From an uncultured Thermoplasmata archaeon (lineage in GTDB: Archaea > Thermoplasmatota > DTKX01 > GCA-020343715): a DNA stretch of 64,000 nucleotides. The notes beneath the pieces are model-generated. The model was given only the letters and a program-made list of their open reading frames with translations, was not told the origin of the DNA and ran no database searches. A program made the position numbers and the translations under genes. Below are positions 43,910 through 53,920 of this stretch, piece by piece; positions within the stretch are counted from its first letter, which is position 1, and every line of letters begins with the position of its first letter. The DNA is taken from positions 27,708 through 91,707 of the forward strand of contig CBDUQW010000002.1 of assembly GCA_965369625.1 (NCBI GenBank), given 5' to 3'.

Positions 43910-45955
43910 GTGTTACCATTGTCCGATGAACTGAACGAGGAGGAACTGAACGAGAACGGCAGCGACGAGGTCATCCACGAGCCCGTCGACCAGTGGGTGC
44001 GTCGCCATAGGTTCTCGGACACCTGCGATGTGGAGATACCCGACCGACTGGTGGAGCAGGTCATCGGCCAGGACCGCGCGGTCCAGGTGGTGCGCAAGGC
44101 CGCCGAGCAACGTCGCCACGTCATGCTCATCGGCTCCCCTGGCACGGGCAAGTCCATGCTGGCCAACTCCATGGTGGAGATGCTGCCCCGGGGCGAGCTC
44201 CAGGACGTCATCTGCTACCACAACCCCGAGGACGCCAACCAGCCCAAGGTCAGGGCCGTTCCCGCGGGGAAGGGCAAGGAGATAGTGGCCGCCCAGAAGG
44301 CCGAGGCCTTCCAGCGCAAGAAGGAGCGCCAGTCCATCTTCATAGTCTTCGTGGCCCTCATCCTCATCATGTTCGTCCTGTTCGCCTTCAAGCGGGACGA
44401 GGACGGCGAGCTCTACTTCGACACCACCGTCCTGTTCTGGGGCATCCTGGCCGCCATCATCGTGCTGGTGTTCATGCGATGGTCCGCCGGCAAGGGCGAG
44501 GTCGCCATGGTGCCCAAATTGCTCATAACCAACGACCCCGACGACCCGCCGCCCTTCATAGACGCCACCGGCGCCCACGCCGGCGCGCTGCTGGGGGACG
44601 TGAAGCACGACCCCTTCCAGTCGGGAGGCCTGGAGACACCGTCCCACGACCGGGTGGAGGCCGGGGCCATCCACAAGGCCAACAAGGGCGTGCTGTTCAT
44701 CGACGAGATCAACATGCTGCGCATCGAGTCGCAGCAGTCCCTGCTCACCGCCCTGCAGGAGGGCGAGTTCTCCATCGTGGGACAGTCGGAGCGCAGCTCC
44801 GGGGCCATGGTCAAGACCGAGCCGGTGCCCACCGACTTCGTCCTGGTGGCCGCGGGCAACCTGGACGCCGTCAGCGGCATGCATCCCGCCCTGAGGTCCC
44901 GCGTGCGCGGCTACGGATACGAGGTGTTCGTGCGCGATACCATGGACGACACCCCCTCCAACCGGGCCAAGATGGTCAGGTTCATCACCCAGGAGGTCGT
45001 CAAGGACGGCAAGATCCCCCACTTCGGCAAGGGGGCGGTCGCCGAGATACTCCTGGAGGCCCAGCGGCGCAGCGGGACGTCGGGCAAGCTGACCCTGCGC
45101 CTGCGCGAGCTGGGCGGCCTGATACGCACCGCCGGCGACATCGCCAGCGAGGCCTCCGCCGACATGGTCACCGTGGAGCACGTGCTGGAAGGCAAGAAGA
45201 TCGCCCGCAGCCTGGAGCAGCAGATAGCCGACCAGTTCATCGAGAGGAAGCTGGAGTACAAGAGCTACATCACCGATGGCTTCGAGGTCGGCCGCGTCAA
45301 CGGCCTGGCCGTCATGGGCGCCGGGGACCAGGGCGTGTCCGAGGTGGCGGGCGTGGTAATGCCAATAATGGCCGAGGTCACCACCTCCTCCTCGTCCTCC
45401 GAGGGCCGCATCATCGCCACGGGCAAGCTGGGCGAGATCGCCAAGGAGGCGGTGATGAACGTCAGCGCCCTCATCAAGAAGTACACCGGGCAGGACATCC
45501 GGAAGTACGACATCCACATTCAATTTATAGGCACCTACGAGGGAGTGGAGGGCGATTCGGCCTCCATATCCATCGCCACCGCCGTCATCTCCGCCCTGGA
45601 GGATGTGGAGGTCGACCAGAGCCTGGCGATGACAGGGTCCCTCTCCATCCGCGGGCAGGTGCTGCCCGTCGGTGGCGTCACCGCCAAGGTGGAGGCCGCC
45701 GCCGAGGTCGGTATAAAGAAGGTCATCGTGCCCGCCGCGAACGTGAAGGACCTGATGCTCCAGCGGAAGTACAAGGACAAGATAGAGATCATCCCTGCCG
45801 CCACCCTCGGGGACGTGCTGGACGCGGCCCTGCTCGCGGGGCCCCGCAAGAAGTCCCTGGTGGACCGGTTGGCGGCGGTGGTGAAGAAGCGGGAGGACCC
45901 CGACGTCCCTTCCCCCGAGAGGAAGGACATCGTCGGCGTCCCTCACCCGCAGTGA
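43910..45955 (+). CDS. lonB: Archaeal membrane-bound ATP-dependent Lon protease (LonB).
   Basis: Walker A GSPGTGKS. Two TM helices inserted in the AAA+ domain ([19 protein letters not shown] and [18 protein letters not shown]). C-terminal Lon protease domain with the catalytic Ser context [17 protein letters not shown] and Lys (KKVIVP). Confidence 0.9.
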   Translation: MLPLSDELNEEELNENGSDEVIHEPVDQWVRRHRFSDTCDVEIPDRLVEQVIGQDRAVQVVRKAAEQRRHVMLIGSPGTGKSMLANSMVEMLPRGELQDVICYHNPEDANQPKVRAVPAGKGKEIVAAQKAEAFQRKKERQSIFIVFVALILIMFVLFAFKRDEDGELYFDTTVLFWGILAAIIVLVFMRWSAGKGEVAMVPKLLITNDPDDPPPFIDATGAHAGALLGDVKHDPFQSGGLETPSHDRVEAGAIHKANKGVLFIDEINMLRIESQQSLLTALQEGEFSIVGQSERSSGAMVKTEPVPTDFVLVAAGNLDAVSGMHPALRSRVRGYGYEVFVRDTMDDTPSNRAKMVRFITQEVVKDGKIPHFGKGAVAEILLEAQRRSGTSGKLTLRLRELGGLIRTAGDIASEASADMVTVEHVLEGKKIARSLEQQIADQFIERKLEYKSYITDGFEVGRVNGLAVMGAGDQGVSEVAGVVMPIMAEVTTSSSSSEGRIIATGKLGEIAKEAVMNVSALIKKYTGQDIRKYDIHIQFIGTYEGVEGDSASISIATAVISALEDVEVDQSLAMTGSLSIRGQVLPVGGVTAKVEAAAEVGIKKVIVPAANVKDLMLQRKYKDKIEIIPAATLGDVLDAALLAGPRKKSLVDRLAAVVKKREDPDVPSPERKDIVGVPHPQ

Positions 45956-45977
45956 GCTGTGACGGGGGTGGGAGCAC

Positions 45978-46484
45978 GTGCGTGCTCTGGTGATAGGGCG
46001 GTTCCAGCCATTCCATGACGGGCATCTGGCAGTGGTCCGAGAGACAGCGCCCGGGGTGGACGAGGTACTGGTCTGCATCGCCGCCGCCGCGGACTCCGGC
46101 ACCAAGGACAACCCCTTCACCTCGGGCGAGAGGCGGGAGATGATCTCCCTCGCCCTCGAGGGTGCGGGCATCGGCAACTTCTCCATCATCGACATCCCCG
46201 ATATCCACAACCCGCCGGTGTGGGCCAGGTACGTCGCCTCGCTGTGTCCCCCCATCGATGTGGTCGTGGCCCACAGCGACGATACCCTGGACCTCTTCCG
46301 CGGGGAGGGGTACGAGGTCAGGCAGGCCACCCCCTACGAGAGGGACACCCACTCGGGCACCCATGTGCGCCAGCTGATGGCGGAGGGCGGCGACTGGCAG
46401 CGGCTGGTGCCGCCCGCCGTGGTCGAGTACCTGGGCAGGATCGATGGCGCCGAGAGGGTGCGACGGCTCACCATGGATGCCTGA
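45978..46484 (+). CDS. nadM: Nicotinamide-nucleotide adenylyltransferase (archaeal NMNAT).
   Basis: MRALVIGRFQPFHDGHLAVV (the (H/T)xGH nucleotidyltransferase motif in the archaeal NMNAT context GRFQPFHxGH). 168 aa. Confidence 0.85.
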   Translation: MRALVIGRFQPFHDGHLAVVRETAPGVDEVLVCIAAAADSGTKDNPFTSGERREMISLALEGAGIGNFSIIDIPDIHNPPVWARYVASLCPPIDVVVAHSDDTLDLFRGEGYEVRQATPYERDTHSGTHVRQLMAEGGDWQRLVPPAVVEYLGRIDGAERVRRLTMDA

Positions 46485-46526
46485 TGGGATACCCCCTCGA
46501 TGCGTATCACAAAGAGGTCCAGAGGC

Positions 46527-49500
46527 TCAGTACTCCTCCCAACCACCTTTGGGTGGCTCCTCCGGCGGGGCCTGCTCGGGTGGTGACCGTGGGTCCGGAC
46601 CGGATGGCCCGCGGAGCCCTTCGTCCCCTCCGCCGCCGTCCCGTCGTCCGAGGACGTACATCACCACGATGCCGATGACCACCCCGATGACCAGGGCCAT
46701 TGCCATGGTGCCCACGCTGGACTCGGAGACCGCCTCGGCCTCCATGCGCTCCACGGTAACCTCGGTGGAGGCCTCGTTGCCGGCCCTGTCGGCGTTGCGC
46801 ACGGAGAAGGTGTTGTCGCCCCAGCTCAGGCCCACCACCATCTCGAAGGTGCCGTCGGACTTGATGCCCACCGGGTTGTCGTTCACCCACACCTTGGACG
46901 AGGGGTCGTCGGTCACGCCCCGGAGGGTCAGCTCGCCCTCGGAGGTGGTGAAGCTGCCGGTGGGGTAGGTGATGGCGATCTTCGGTGCCTGCACGTCGTA
47001 GTCGATGACGTAGGTGTGGGTGGTGCCCAGGTTGCCCATGCGGTCGGCCACCTCGATGGTGATGGCGTTGGTCCCCTCCACCAGCTTGTGGGAGAAGGAG
47101 AAGGAGCCCACGCCCTCGTGGACCGCAGACCCGATGGAGAAGAAGGCGTACTCGTCCACCTTCACGTGGAACACCAGGTTGTCGCCGGTGGCGAACTTGT
47201 CCGCACCCACGACGATGATCTCGCCGTTGGTCACCTCCTCGTCCTCCACGGAGTACTTGGGGGCCCGGGTGTCGCGGGTGATGGTGACCGAGGTGCGGTT
47301 CTCGTTGCCCGCGGCGTCGCGGACCACGATGTTGAAGGGGTTCTCTCCCTCGATGAGGTTGACCTGGATGGCGAACTCTCCTGGGAGGGCGGCCTCCGAC
47401 TTGCCGTTGATGAAGACGTGATCGATCTCCGGGTCCATACTGCCGGCGATGAAGGCGGAGTCCTCCGTCGTGATGAGGCCCTCCCCCGAGGGGGAGTCGA
47501 CCACGAGCATGGGGTCGGTGGTGTCCACCGTGACATCGCGGAACTGGACCGCCTTGTTGCCGGCCATGTCGGTGGCCTCGACGGTGATGGTGTGGGTGCC
47601 CTCCCCCAGGGTGACGTCGGTGGAGAAGCCTCCCTTGAAGGGGGTGATGACGACCCCGTCGATGGTGACGGTGGCGTCGATGTCCGTGGTGCCCGCGACG
47701 GTGACCAGGGGGTCATCGGTGACCATCCCTTGCTCCGGCTTGGTCACCGTCAGGGAGGGCGGGGTGATGTCGAGGATGACGGTCAGCACCGTCTGGTTCC
47801 AGTTGCCCGCCACGTCCTGCACCTTGAGCACCAGGCCGTTGGTGCCCTCGGACAGGGGGAACTCCAGGGTGAAGTAGCCATCCTCGTCCGGCCATGCTAG
47901 GGACTGCCCCATGTAGATGGTGGCGCCCGCCTCGGTCCTTCCACTCAGCACCAGCAGGGGCTCGTTGGTCGCCAGCGGCGGCTCCTCGTCCAGGTCTATC
48001 GGTGGTGCCTCGGTGTCGACGATGACGCCCTCGCGGACCAGCTGGCCCACGTTGCCGGCCCGATCGGTGGCCCGCACCGTGACGTCGTACCTGCCGTCGT
48101 TCACCCGGTTGAAGGCGAAGTCCCACATCCCGCCGGTGACGCTTGCCGCGTGCCAGGTCTCGCCGTCCAGGCTGACCTCGACGGATGCAAGGCCCCTGCC
48201 CCGCTCGATGACGGAGCCGTCGAGGATGAGGTATGACACGTTGACCTTGGCCCCGTCCTCCAGTCCAGACATCGTCAGCTTGGGGGCGAAGTCGTCGGTG
48301 AAGATGATCTCCTGGGGCCGGCTCTCCATGTAGTCCAGCTCCGCGGCGCGGAACCAGGTGTCCACGTCCAGCAGGGCGGGGTACACGTGGATGTTGTACC
48401 AGACGTACGACCGCTTGGCCTCCCAGCGCTTGAAGTCCAGGGAGGCCGGGCCCAGGGACAGGTTGATCGACCCGATGCGCACGTCCGTCTCGTTGAGGAG
48501 GTAGATGGTGCCCTGGGAGATCGAAGTGCCGTCGGACCATTTGACGGAGGTGATGTTCAGCCGCTGCCAGGCCGTGATGCGGCCTCCGGTGTTGTCCACG
48601 AAGCCCGAACCCACATGGTGCTCTGTGTTGTAGACGTCGAAGGTGGCGCCGTACGCGACGTAGAAGTTGACGTTGGTGGTGTTGATGTAGCTGTCGACCA
48701 CGTCGGTGTTGCCGAAGACGGCCCGGACACCGTAGTAGGTGTTCCAGATGGACACGTCCTTGACCAGGTGCACGCCCGTGCCCGCGCCCTCGAGGTAGAC
48801 GCCGGTCCCGGAGCCCTGGCTGGCGCCCCGGATGTCCTCGTGGCGCCAGGTGCAGTTGCCGTAGCTGCCCTGGTAGAGGCGGATGCCGTAGCCGCCCCCG
48901 CGGACGATGTAGAGGTTGTGGTGCATGGTGATGTCGATGGACTTGGTGTAGGCCCGCACGCCGTAGACGTTGCGGTCGAACTCGTTGTAGGTCATCTCCA
49001 CCACGCCGTTGCGCCACTCGGGGTCGAGGTACACCCCGTAGCTGAGGCCCTCGAACTTGCAGTAGCTGATGTTGAGGTCCCTGACGTACTGGCCCGCGTA
49101 GTTGTCGGAGTTGTACACGCCGTAGCTGTAGGGGTCGTTGACGTTGGCCCGGAAGGTGCAGTTGTCCAGCACCCAGTACATGTCCCTAAACCCCTCATTG
49201 CCAGTGGTGGAGATGCCGAAGCGGGACCAGCCGGTGCCGCTGATGGTGGTCCTCCTCATGGTGATGGGCGCCTTGGTGTAGATGCCCCACGTCCGGCTGT
49301 CGGAGATGGTGCAGTCCTCGATCAGGTGGGTTCCGTCGAAGAACCTGAGGCCGCCCTGGTTGTCGTTGTTCCAGCCGTAGAGGCGGGAGATGCTGGTGTC
49401 CTTGAAGATGGTGTCGTTGCTAATGTCGAAGAAGAACCGCTCGTCGTTGTTGCCAGAGTAGCGGTTGGTGATGACCGATGAGTACGCGTACAGGTTGCCC

Positions 49501-49772
49501 GTCTCCTCCACGGTCAGACGGAAGCGGTCCCCCCTGCGGGAGTCCACCAAGAGGGTGGAGTTGCGCAGCGTCAGGACCCCCCCGTCCCTGATGTTTATGT
49601 TGCCCCGGACGATGATCTCGTCCCCCTCGTACTCCAAGATGGTGTCCACCACCCAGTCGGAGTCGATGTAGTAGTCCGCGGCGTGGGCTGGCGTCGCTAG
49701 GAGCAGGAAGGCGAGGGCCGTTCCCAGGGCCATGAACATTATAGCCACCACTATCCGATAGGAGGACCTCAT
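46527..49772 (-). CDS. Giant (1081 aa) surface protein with a cleavable signal peptide, right-handed parallel beta-helix (pectin-lyase-fold) repeats, multiple Ig-like (Big) domains, and a C-terminal TM anchor plus Pro-rich cytoplasmic tail.
   Basis: MRSSYRIVVAIMFMALGTALAFLLLATPAHA. Asn/Tyr/Gly-rich PbH1-like repeats (NISYCKFEGLSYGVYL..., MHHNLYIVRGGGYGIRLY...). Repeated TVT..D.AGN... Ig-like modules. C-terminal AMALVIGVVIGIVVMYVLGRRDGGGG...PPEEPPKGGWEEY. Confidence 0.8.
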   Translation of the reverse strand: MRSSYRIVVAIMFMALGTALAFLLLATPAHAADYYIDSDWVVDTILEYEGDEIIVRGNINIRDGGVLTLRNSTLLVDSRRGDRFRLTVEETGNLYAYSSVITNRYSGNNDERFFFDISNDTIFKDTSISRLYGWNNDNQGGLRFFDGTHLIEDCTISDSRTWGIYTKAPITMRRTTISGTGWSRFGISTTGNEGFRDMYWVLDNCTFRANVNDPYSYGVYNSDNYAGQYVRDLNISYCKFEGLSYGVYLDPEWRNGVVEMTYNEFDRNVYGVRAYTKSIDITMHHNLYIVRGGGYGIRLYQGSYGNCTWRHEDIRGASQGSGTGVYLEGAGTGVHLVKDVSIWNTYYGVRAVFGNTDVVDSYINTTNVNFYVAYGATFDVYNTEHHVGSGFVDNTGGRITAWQRLNITSVKWSDGTSISQGTIYLLNETDVRIGSINLSLGPASLDFKRWEAKRSYVWYNIHVYPALLDVDTWFRAAELDYMESRPQEIIFTDDFAPKLTMSGLEDGAKVNVSYLILDGSVIERGRGLASVEVSLDGETWHAASVTGGMWDFAFNRVNDGRYDVTVRATDRAGNVGQLVREGVIVDTEAPPIDLDEEPPLATNEPLLVLSGRTEAGATIYMGQSLAWPDEDGYFTLEFPLSEGTNGLVLKVQDVAGNWNQTVLTVILDITPPSLTVTKPEQGMVTDDPLVTVAGTTDIDATVTIDGVVITPFKGGFSTDVTLGEGTHTITVEATDMAGNKAVQFRDVTVDTTDPMLVVDSPSGEGLITTEDSAFIAGSMDPEIDHVFINGKSEAALPGEFAIQVNLIEGENPFNIVVRDAAGNENRTSVTITRDTRAPKYSVEDEEVTNGEIIVVGADKFATGDNLVFHVKVDEYAFFSIGSAVHEGVGSFSFSHKLVEGTNAITIEVADRMGNLGTTHTYVIDYDVQAPKIAITYPTGSFTTSEGELTLRGVTDDPSSKVWVNDNPVGIKSDGTFEMVVGLSWGDNTFSVRNADRAGNEASTEVTVERMEAEAVSESSVGTMAMALVIGVVIGIVVMYVLGRRDGGGGDEGLRGPSGPDPRSPPEQAPPEEPPKGGWEEY

Positions 49773-49873
49773 GCTGGCCCGATTGGCGCCCCCCCGAGAT
49801 ATACCTTTGGGTGATGTTGACCGGCCCTGGCGTTATCGAAAGGCCTATAGAGGGACCCGCCTCTCGGGGTGGC

Positions 49874-50845
49874 ATGCGCTGCCTCGTCACCGGCGCGGAC
49901 GGGTTCCTGGGCTCCCACCTGGTGGAGGCCCTGCTCAAGTGGGACCGCTGCGAGCACGTTTACGCCATGGTCCACCGCCCCCAGGTGAAATGGCTTCCAG
50001 CGCGGCCGGGCCGCCCCATGGACATCATCGTTGGGGACGTCACCAGGACCCCCTCGGTCGCCAGGCTCCCCGACGTGGACGTCGTGTTCCACCTGGCCGC
50101 CGTGGCCTCCCCCGCGAGGTGCGAGATCCGGCCCGAGATGGCCAGGCTCACCAACTTCCAGGGCACCATCAACATGCTCAACAGGTCCCTCCAGATGTCC
50201 ACGGACCCCGTCTTCGTGTACGTGTCCACCGCAGCCCTCTACGGCGAGCCCGAGTACGTGCCCATCGACGAGGACCACCCCGTCGAGCCCCGGGACTCGT
50301 ACACCTATTCCAAGTTGAGCGCCGAGATAACCGTCATGTCCTACCACCGTGAACAGGGCCTTCCGGGGGTCATCGTCCGCCCTTTCAACATCTATGGCCC
50401 CAGGCAGGCCGAGGATTTCGTCATCCCCACCATCATCACCCAGTGCCTGCAGGGCGTGGAGCTGCGCCTCGGCGACGGTCGCCCGGTGCGCAACTTCACG
50501 TACGTCACGGACGCCGTCGACATGCTGGCGAGGGCCGGCACCAGCAGGGAGGCCAGGGGCAAGGTGTTCAACCTGGGCAGCCGGCGGATACTCCCCATCT
50601 CCCGGGTGGCGGAGATGGTGGTGGACATCACCGGCTGCGGTCTCGAACCCATCTACGACCGGGCCAAGTTCCGGGAGGACGACCCGTCGGTGCTGGAGAT
50701 GGAACCCCGGCTGGCCGAGAGGGTGCTCGGGTGGCGTCGCAAGGTCCCCATCGAGGTCGGCCTCCAGCGGACGGTGGAGTTCCACAAGGGACGCATGGAC
50801 GCGCTGAGGGCGAAGGCCGCCGAGGAGCTGTACGGCAGCTACTGA
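49874..50845 (+). CDS. NAD-dependent epimerase/dehydratase (SDR extended family, GalE/dTDP-sugar-like), 323 aa.
   Basis: MRCLVTGADGFLGSHLVEAL (GxxGxxG). YxxxK region (YTYSKLSAE). The ATG at 49874 is in frame within the 6-frame ORF 49811..50845. Confidence 0.8.
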   Translation: MRCLVTGADGFLGSHLVEALLKWDRCEHVYAMVHRPQVKWLPARPGRPMDIIVGDVTRTPSVARLPDVDVVFHLAAVASPARCEIRPEMARLTNFQGTINMLNRSLQMSTDPVFVYVSTAALYGEPEYVPIDEDHPVEPRDSYTYSKLSAEITVMSYHREQGLPGVIVRPFNIYGPRQAEDFVIPTIITQCLQGVELRLGDGRPVRNFTYVTDAVDMLARAGTSREARGKVFNLGSRRILPISRVAEMVVDITGCGLEPIYDRAKFREDDPSVLEMEPRLAERVLGWRRKVPIEVGLQRTVEFHKGRMDALRAKAAEELYGSY

Positions 50846-50852
50846 GGGCGCC

Positions 50853-51863
50853 TCACAGGGTCAGGTCCTGGGCCTCCGGGTCGGAGCGGAACCACTCCAA
50901 GAATCTGCCCAGCCCCTCCTCCAGGGTGGTGGAGGGCGAGTACCCGAAGATGCGCTGGGCCTCGTCGATGGCCGCCCAGGTGTCCCGGGCGTCCCCCACC
51001 GCCGTGTCCTCGTACACCGCCTCGACGTCGGTGCCGGTCAGGTCCCGCAGCACGTCCAGGAGCTGGTTGATGGAGATGCGGCGCGAGGAGCCCACGTTGA
51101 CGGACTGGCCAGTGAGCTCGACCATGGGGTCCATCAGGGCCAGGTTGGCCTCGACCACGTCCCCTACGTACGTGTAGTCGCGGGTCTGCTCGCCGTCACC
51201 GAAGATCACGGGGGCCTCGCCGGCCAGCAGCCGCTTGGTGAAGCGGGGCACCGCCAGGTCGGGCCGCATGCGGGGCCCGTAGACGGTGAAGTAGCGCAGC
51301 GAGATGGTGGGCAGGCCGTACACCTCGTACCACACCCGGCAGTACTGCTCCGCCGCCAGCTTGGACACCCCGTAGGGGGAGACGGGCTTGGTGGGATGGT
51401 GCTCGTCGAAGGGCAGGTACGCCACGGTGCCGTACACCGATGACGAGGACGCGTTGACCACCCGCTGCACCCCGGCGTCGCGAGCCACCACAAGGACGTT
51501 AAGGGTCCCCTCCACGTTCACCCGGTTGGGCTTGAAGGGGTCCTCCACCGAGGCCCGGACCCCCGCCTGGGCCGCCTCGTGGTAGATCACGTCGGGCCGG
51601 TGGCCCATCACGATGTCCCGCATGGTGGCCAGGTCGGTCACGTCGGCGTCCAGGTACTCGTACGCCCCGGCGTCATCGGTCCTGGCCGCCGCCTCCACCG
51701 CCTCCAGGTTCTTGCGCTTGAGCCGGACGTCGTAGTAGGGGTCCAGGTTGTCGACCACCACCACGTCCATGCCCTCCCTCAGGAGGCGGTCCGCCAGGTG
51801 GGACCCGATGAAGCCCGCGCCTCCGGTAAGCAGCACTCTGTCCATGGTCACCAGAACGCCCAC
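50853..51863 (-). CDS. NAD-dependent epimerase/dehydratase (UDP-glucose 4-epimerase-like), about 330 aa. A GTG start at 51863 or an ATG at 51845.
   Basis: MDRVLLTGGAGFIGSHLADRLL. YGVSKLAAE (YxxxK). It lies convergent with the other epimerase. Confidence 0.8.
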   Translation of the reverse strand: MGVLVTMDRVLLTGGAGFIGSHLADRLLREGMDVVVVDNLDPYYDVRLKRKNLEAVEAAARTDDAGAYEYLDADVTDLATMRDIVMGHRPDVIYHEAAQAGVRASVEDPFKPNRVNVEGTLNVLVVARDAGVQRVVNASSSSVYGTVAYLPFDEHHPTKPVSPYGVSKLAAEQYCRVWYEVYGLPTISLRYFTVYGPRMRPDLAVPRFTKRLLAGEAPVIFGDGEQTRDYTYVGDVVEANLALMDPMVELTGQSVNVGSSRRISINQLLDVLRDLTGTDVEAVYEDTAVGDARDTWAAIDEAQRIFGYSPSTTLEEGLGRFLEWFRSDPEAQDLTL

Positions 51864-52060
51864 GGGCCTATTTTACTTTCCCGATGGCCGGACCGACGGA
51901 GGATGTCCTCGAGGGTCGGTCATGGAAAAGGGGCCGCCCGCCCCCCCGTCCGATCCAGAGGAGGAGAGACGCACGGGAAGGTCGGGGGGGCGGAAGCGGT
52001 GGGTCCTTGGGGCATCTGTCGGGGCCTGTCGCGGCCGAACCGGTCGCGCCGGACCCCTTG

Positions 52061-52081
52061 GGGGGCTTTCGGGGGGGGGGG
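52061..52081. repeat. Homopolymeric G tract (G5-ctttc-G11) within a G-run-rich 457-nt intergenic region (51864-52320).
   Basis: Read directly: ggggggctttcggggggggggg. Further G6-G7 runs occur at about 51975-52000. Confidence 0.8.
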
Positions 52082-52320
52082 TTGAAGGATGTTGAGGGTC
52101 AACCCCATAAGAGGGAGGAGGAACACCTACCACGGCCCTCCCCCCTCAGGGGGGGTGAACACTGTGACCTGATTATCGATGGTGCCTTTAAAAAGGGGAT
52201 TCCCTCCGATATCAAGGTCAATTATCACGCCCTAGCTGGGCGGGCCATAAACCCATATTATCGGGCCTTGGAGAGGGTCCCCTGCAACATGCAGGGGCCT
52301 CCCCGTCCCATGGGGACGGC

Positions 52321-52800
52321 TCAGAAGAACGCGAAGGCGAGGAGCAGTACGCCGCTCAGGATCATACCGAATCGGACTATGTCGCCCACCTTGTCGTAGT
52401 AGAGGCCGGTGATGACCATGGGCACGCCGATCATGAAGGCGCTGATGGTCCGGAGTATCCTGCCGGCCTTGATCAGGCCCTGGTCGTCGTACTCGGCCAC
52501 GTCCAGCATGATCTGGCCGACCAGTATCAGTATACCGCCGATTAGCACCAGGAACCACAGGGACTTCCAGAAGATGGTGCTCATCATGTCCTGGGGCGGT
52601 TGCGTGGGCGGTTGCGCATATGCGGCCGGTTGACCATAGGGCTGCTGGCCCTGGGGGGGGTAGGGGGGCGGGGTGCCGTACGGTGGCGGCTGCTGATGGG
52701 TCGGCTGACCCTCGACAGCGAAGGGCGCCTGTTGTTCGCTACCTTCATCGCTCGCTTCCTCGGCCTCCTTCGAAACCTCTTCATCCTCCACCATTTCCAT
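52321..52800 (-). CDS. Small membrane protein (159 aa) with an acidic N-terminus, a Pro/Gln/Tyr-rich low-complexity region and three predicted TM helices. Function unknown.
   Basis: QQPPPYGTPPPYPPQGQQPYGQPAAYAQPPTQPPQ followed by FWKSLWFLVLIGGILILVGQIM, ISAFMIGVPMVITGLYY and FGMILSGVLLLAFAFF. A hairpin ccgtccc-atg-gggacgg lies just downstream. Confidence 0.5.
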   Translation of the reverse strand: MEMVEDEEVSKEAEEASDEGSEQQAPFAVEGQPTHQQPPPYGTPPPYPPQGQQPYGQPAAYAQPPTQPPQDMMSTIFWKSLWFLVLIGGILILVGQIMLDVAEYDDQGLIKAGRILRTISAFMIGVPMVITGLYYDKVGDIVRFGMILSGVLLLAFAFF

Positions 52801-53048
52801 TCCTCAAGGGAAAATGACCCCTCCACAGGAAATAAAGGTTGCCCATCCATTATCAAAATGAAATATCTCGCGTGATATCAACGGATACGGCATGGGCCAG
52901 GTGGTGCCTGGATGGGTCGGAGTGCGGGCTCATGCCACCCATTGTCACTGGTGAACAATGCGGCAGCAATTTAAATAATAAGTCCCCACATTAGAAGGCC
53001 GTTCTGTAGGAGGTTAGAGGAATCTCTCGTTCCCGGAGTACCATCGTC

Positions 53049-53810
53049 GTGGCCCTCTTCGTCGTTCTGGGCCTGGCCGCATGTTGCATGGTCAGCCTTG
53101 GCGAGGACATCGAGGTGCCATACATCCCTGGCGACGGTGACGCCGGTGACGGTGGCAGCGGGGACCCGACGGGGTCCACCGGTACCGAGGTGCCAGCAGA
53201 GCCCGGGGTCCCGACCGTCCCGGGGGACGACGACGACCAGGATGGTCCAGGTCCCCGAGATGGCGGTGACGACGCCGGAGCGTACGACGGCGGAGGGTAC
53301 GACGCCGGAGCGTACGACGGCGGAGGGTACGACGCCGGAGGGTACGACGGCGGAGGGGACGACGGGGGAACATCCAGCCTTCCCGTCGAGACCATCCCCC
53401 GCAAGGGCGCCGACACCTACGATCCCTTCCCCACCTTGGACCCCCTGATAATCGTGGTGATGATCGTGGTGTTCGGGGCGCTGGCCCTCTACGCGCCCGG
53501 CGAGATCCAGCGGATGCGCATCGAGTCCGCCTTCCGCGAATCCCTGGACGCGCGACTTGCCCTGGCCAAGGGCGAGTTCGTGATGGCCCTGGCGGGCTTC
53601 GACCGGGCCATCGAGCAGGCCCATCCCGCCTACACCCGCAGGCTGAGGGTGGACCGGCCCGCCGACTGGACCCTGATGCCCGACGACTTCTACATCTCCC
53701 TATGGCGGGGTCGCGCCTCGGCCCTCAGGGGGATAGGTCGTGAGAAGGCGGCGGTGGCGACGGCCCGCCTCGCCGATGAGCTGGAGGCCGTCGTCCTCAA
53801 CGGACACTGA
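53049..53810 (+). CDS. Secreted/membrane protein (253 aa) with a signal peptide, a Gly/Asp/Tyr-rich repeat region, one TM helix, and a C-terminal alpha-helical domain of unknown function.
   Basis: MALFVVLGLAACCMVSLG. GAYDGGGYDAGAYDGGGYDAGGYDGGGDDGG. TM LIIVVMIVVFGALALY. Confidence 0.5.
   Translation: MALFVVLGLAACCMVSLGEDIEVPYIPGDGDAGDGGSGDPTGSTGTEVPAEPGVPTVPGDDDDQDGPGPRDGGDDAGAYDGGGYDAGAYDGGGYDAGGYDGGGDDGGTSSLPVETIPRKGADTYDPFPTLDPLIIVVMIVVFGALALYAPGEIQRMRIESAFRESLDARLALAKGEFVMALAGFDRAIEQAHPAYTRRLRVDRPADWTLMPDDFYISLWRGRASALRGIGREKAAVATARLADELEAVVLNGH
53277..53366 (+). repeat. 30-bp tandem direct repeat (ggagcgtacgacggcggagggtacgacgcc, about 3 copies, the last degenerate) encoding (GAYDGGGYDA)n.
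   Basis: Read directly from the sequence. Copies at 53277-53306, 53307-53336 and 53337-53366. Confidence 0.8.
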
Positions 53811-53920
53811 GCACTACTGTTCGCCGTCACCCTCGGGGCCCCACGGGTCAACCAAAGCCTTATACGCACTACAGGGAATCCACGGCAGGCCTTGTCCGTA
53901 GTGGGACCAAGGGTGATGGC

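Noticed and set aside
42983-46330. ORFs 42983-43891 (minus), 42988-43821 (plus), 43913-46330 (minus, 805 aa) and 44479-45993 (plus).
   Set aside because: Shadows of alaX, lonB and nadM. The 805-aa antisense ORF is Gly/Ala/Asp/His-rich with no motifs, whereas LonB on the plus strand has Walker A, TM insertions and a Ser-Lys protease domain.
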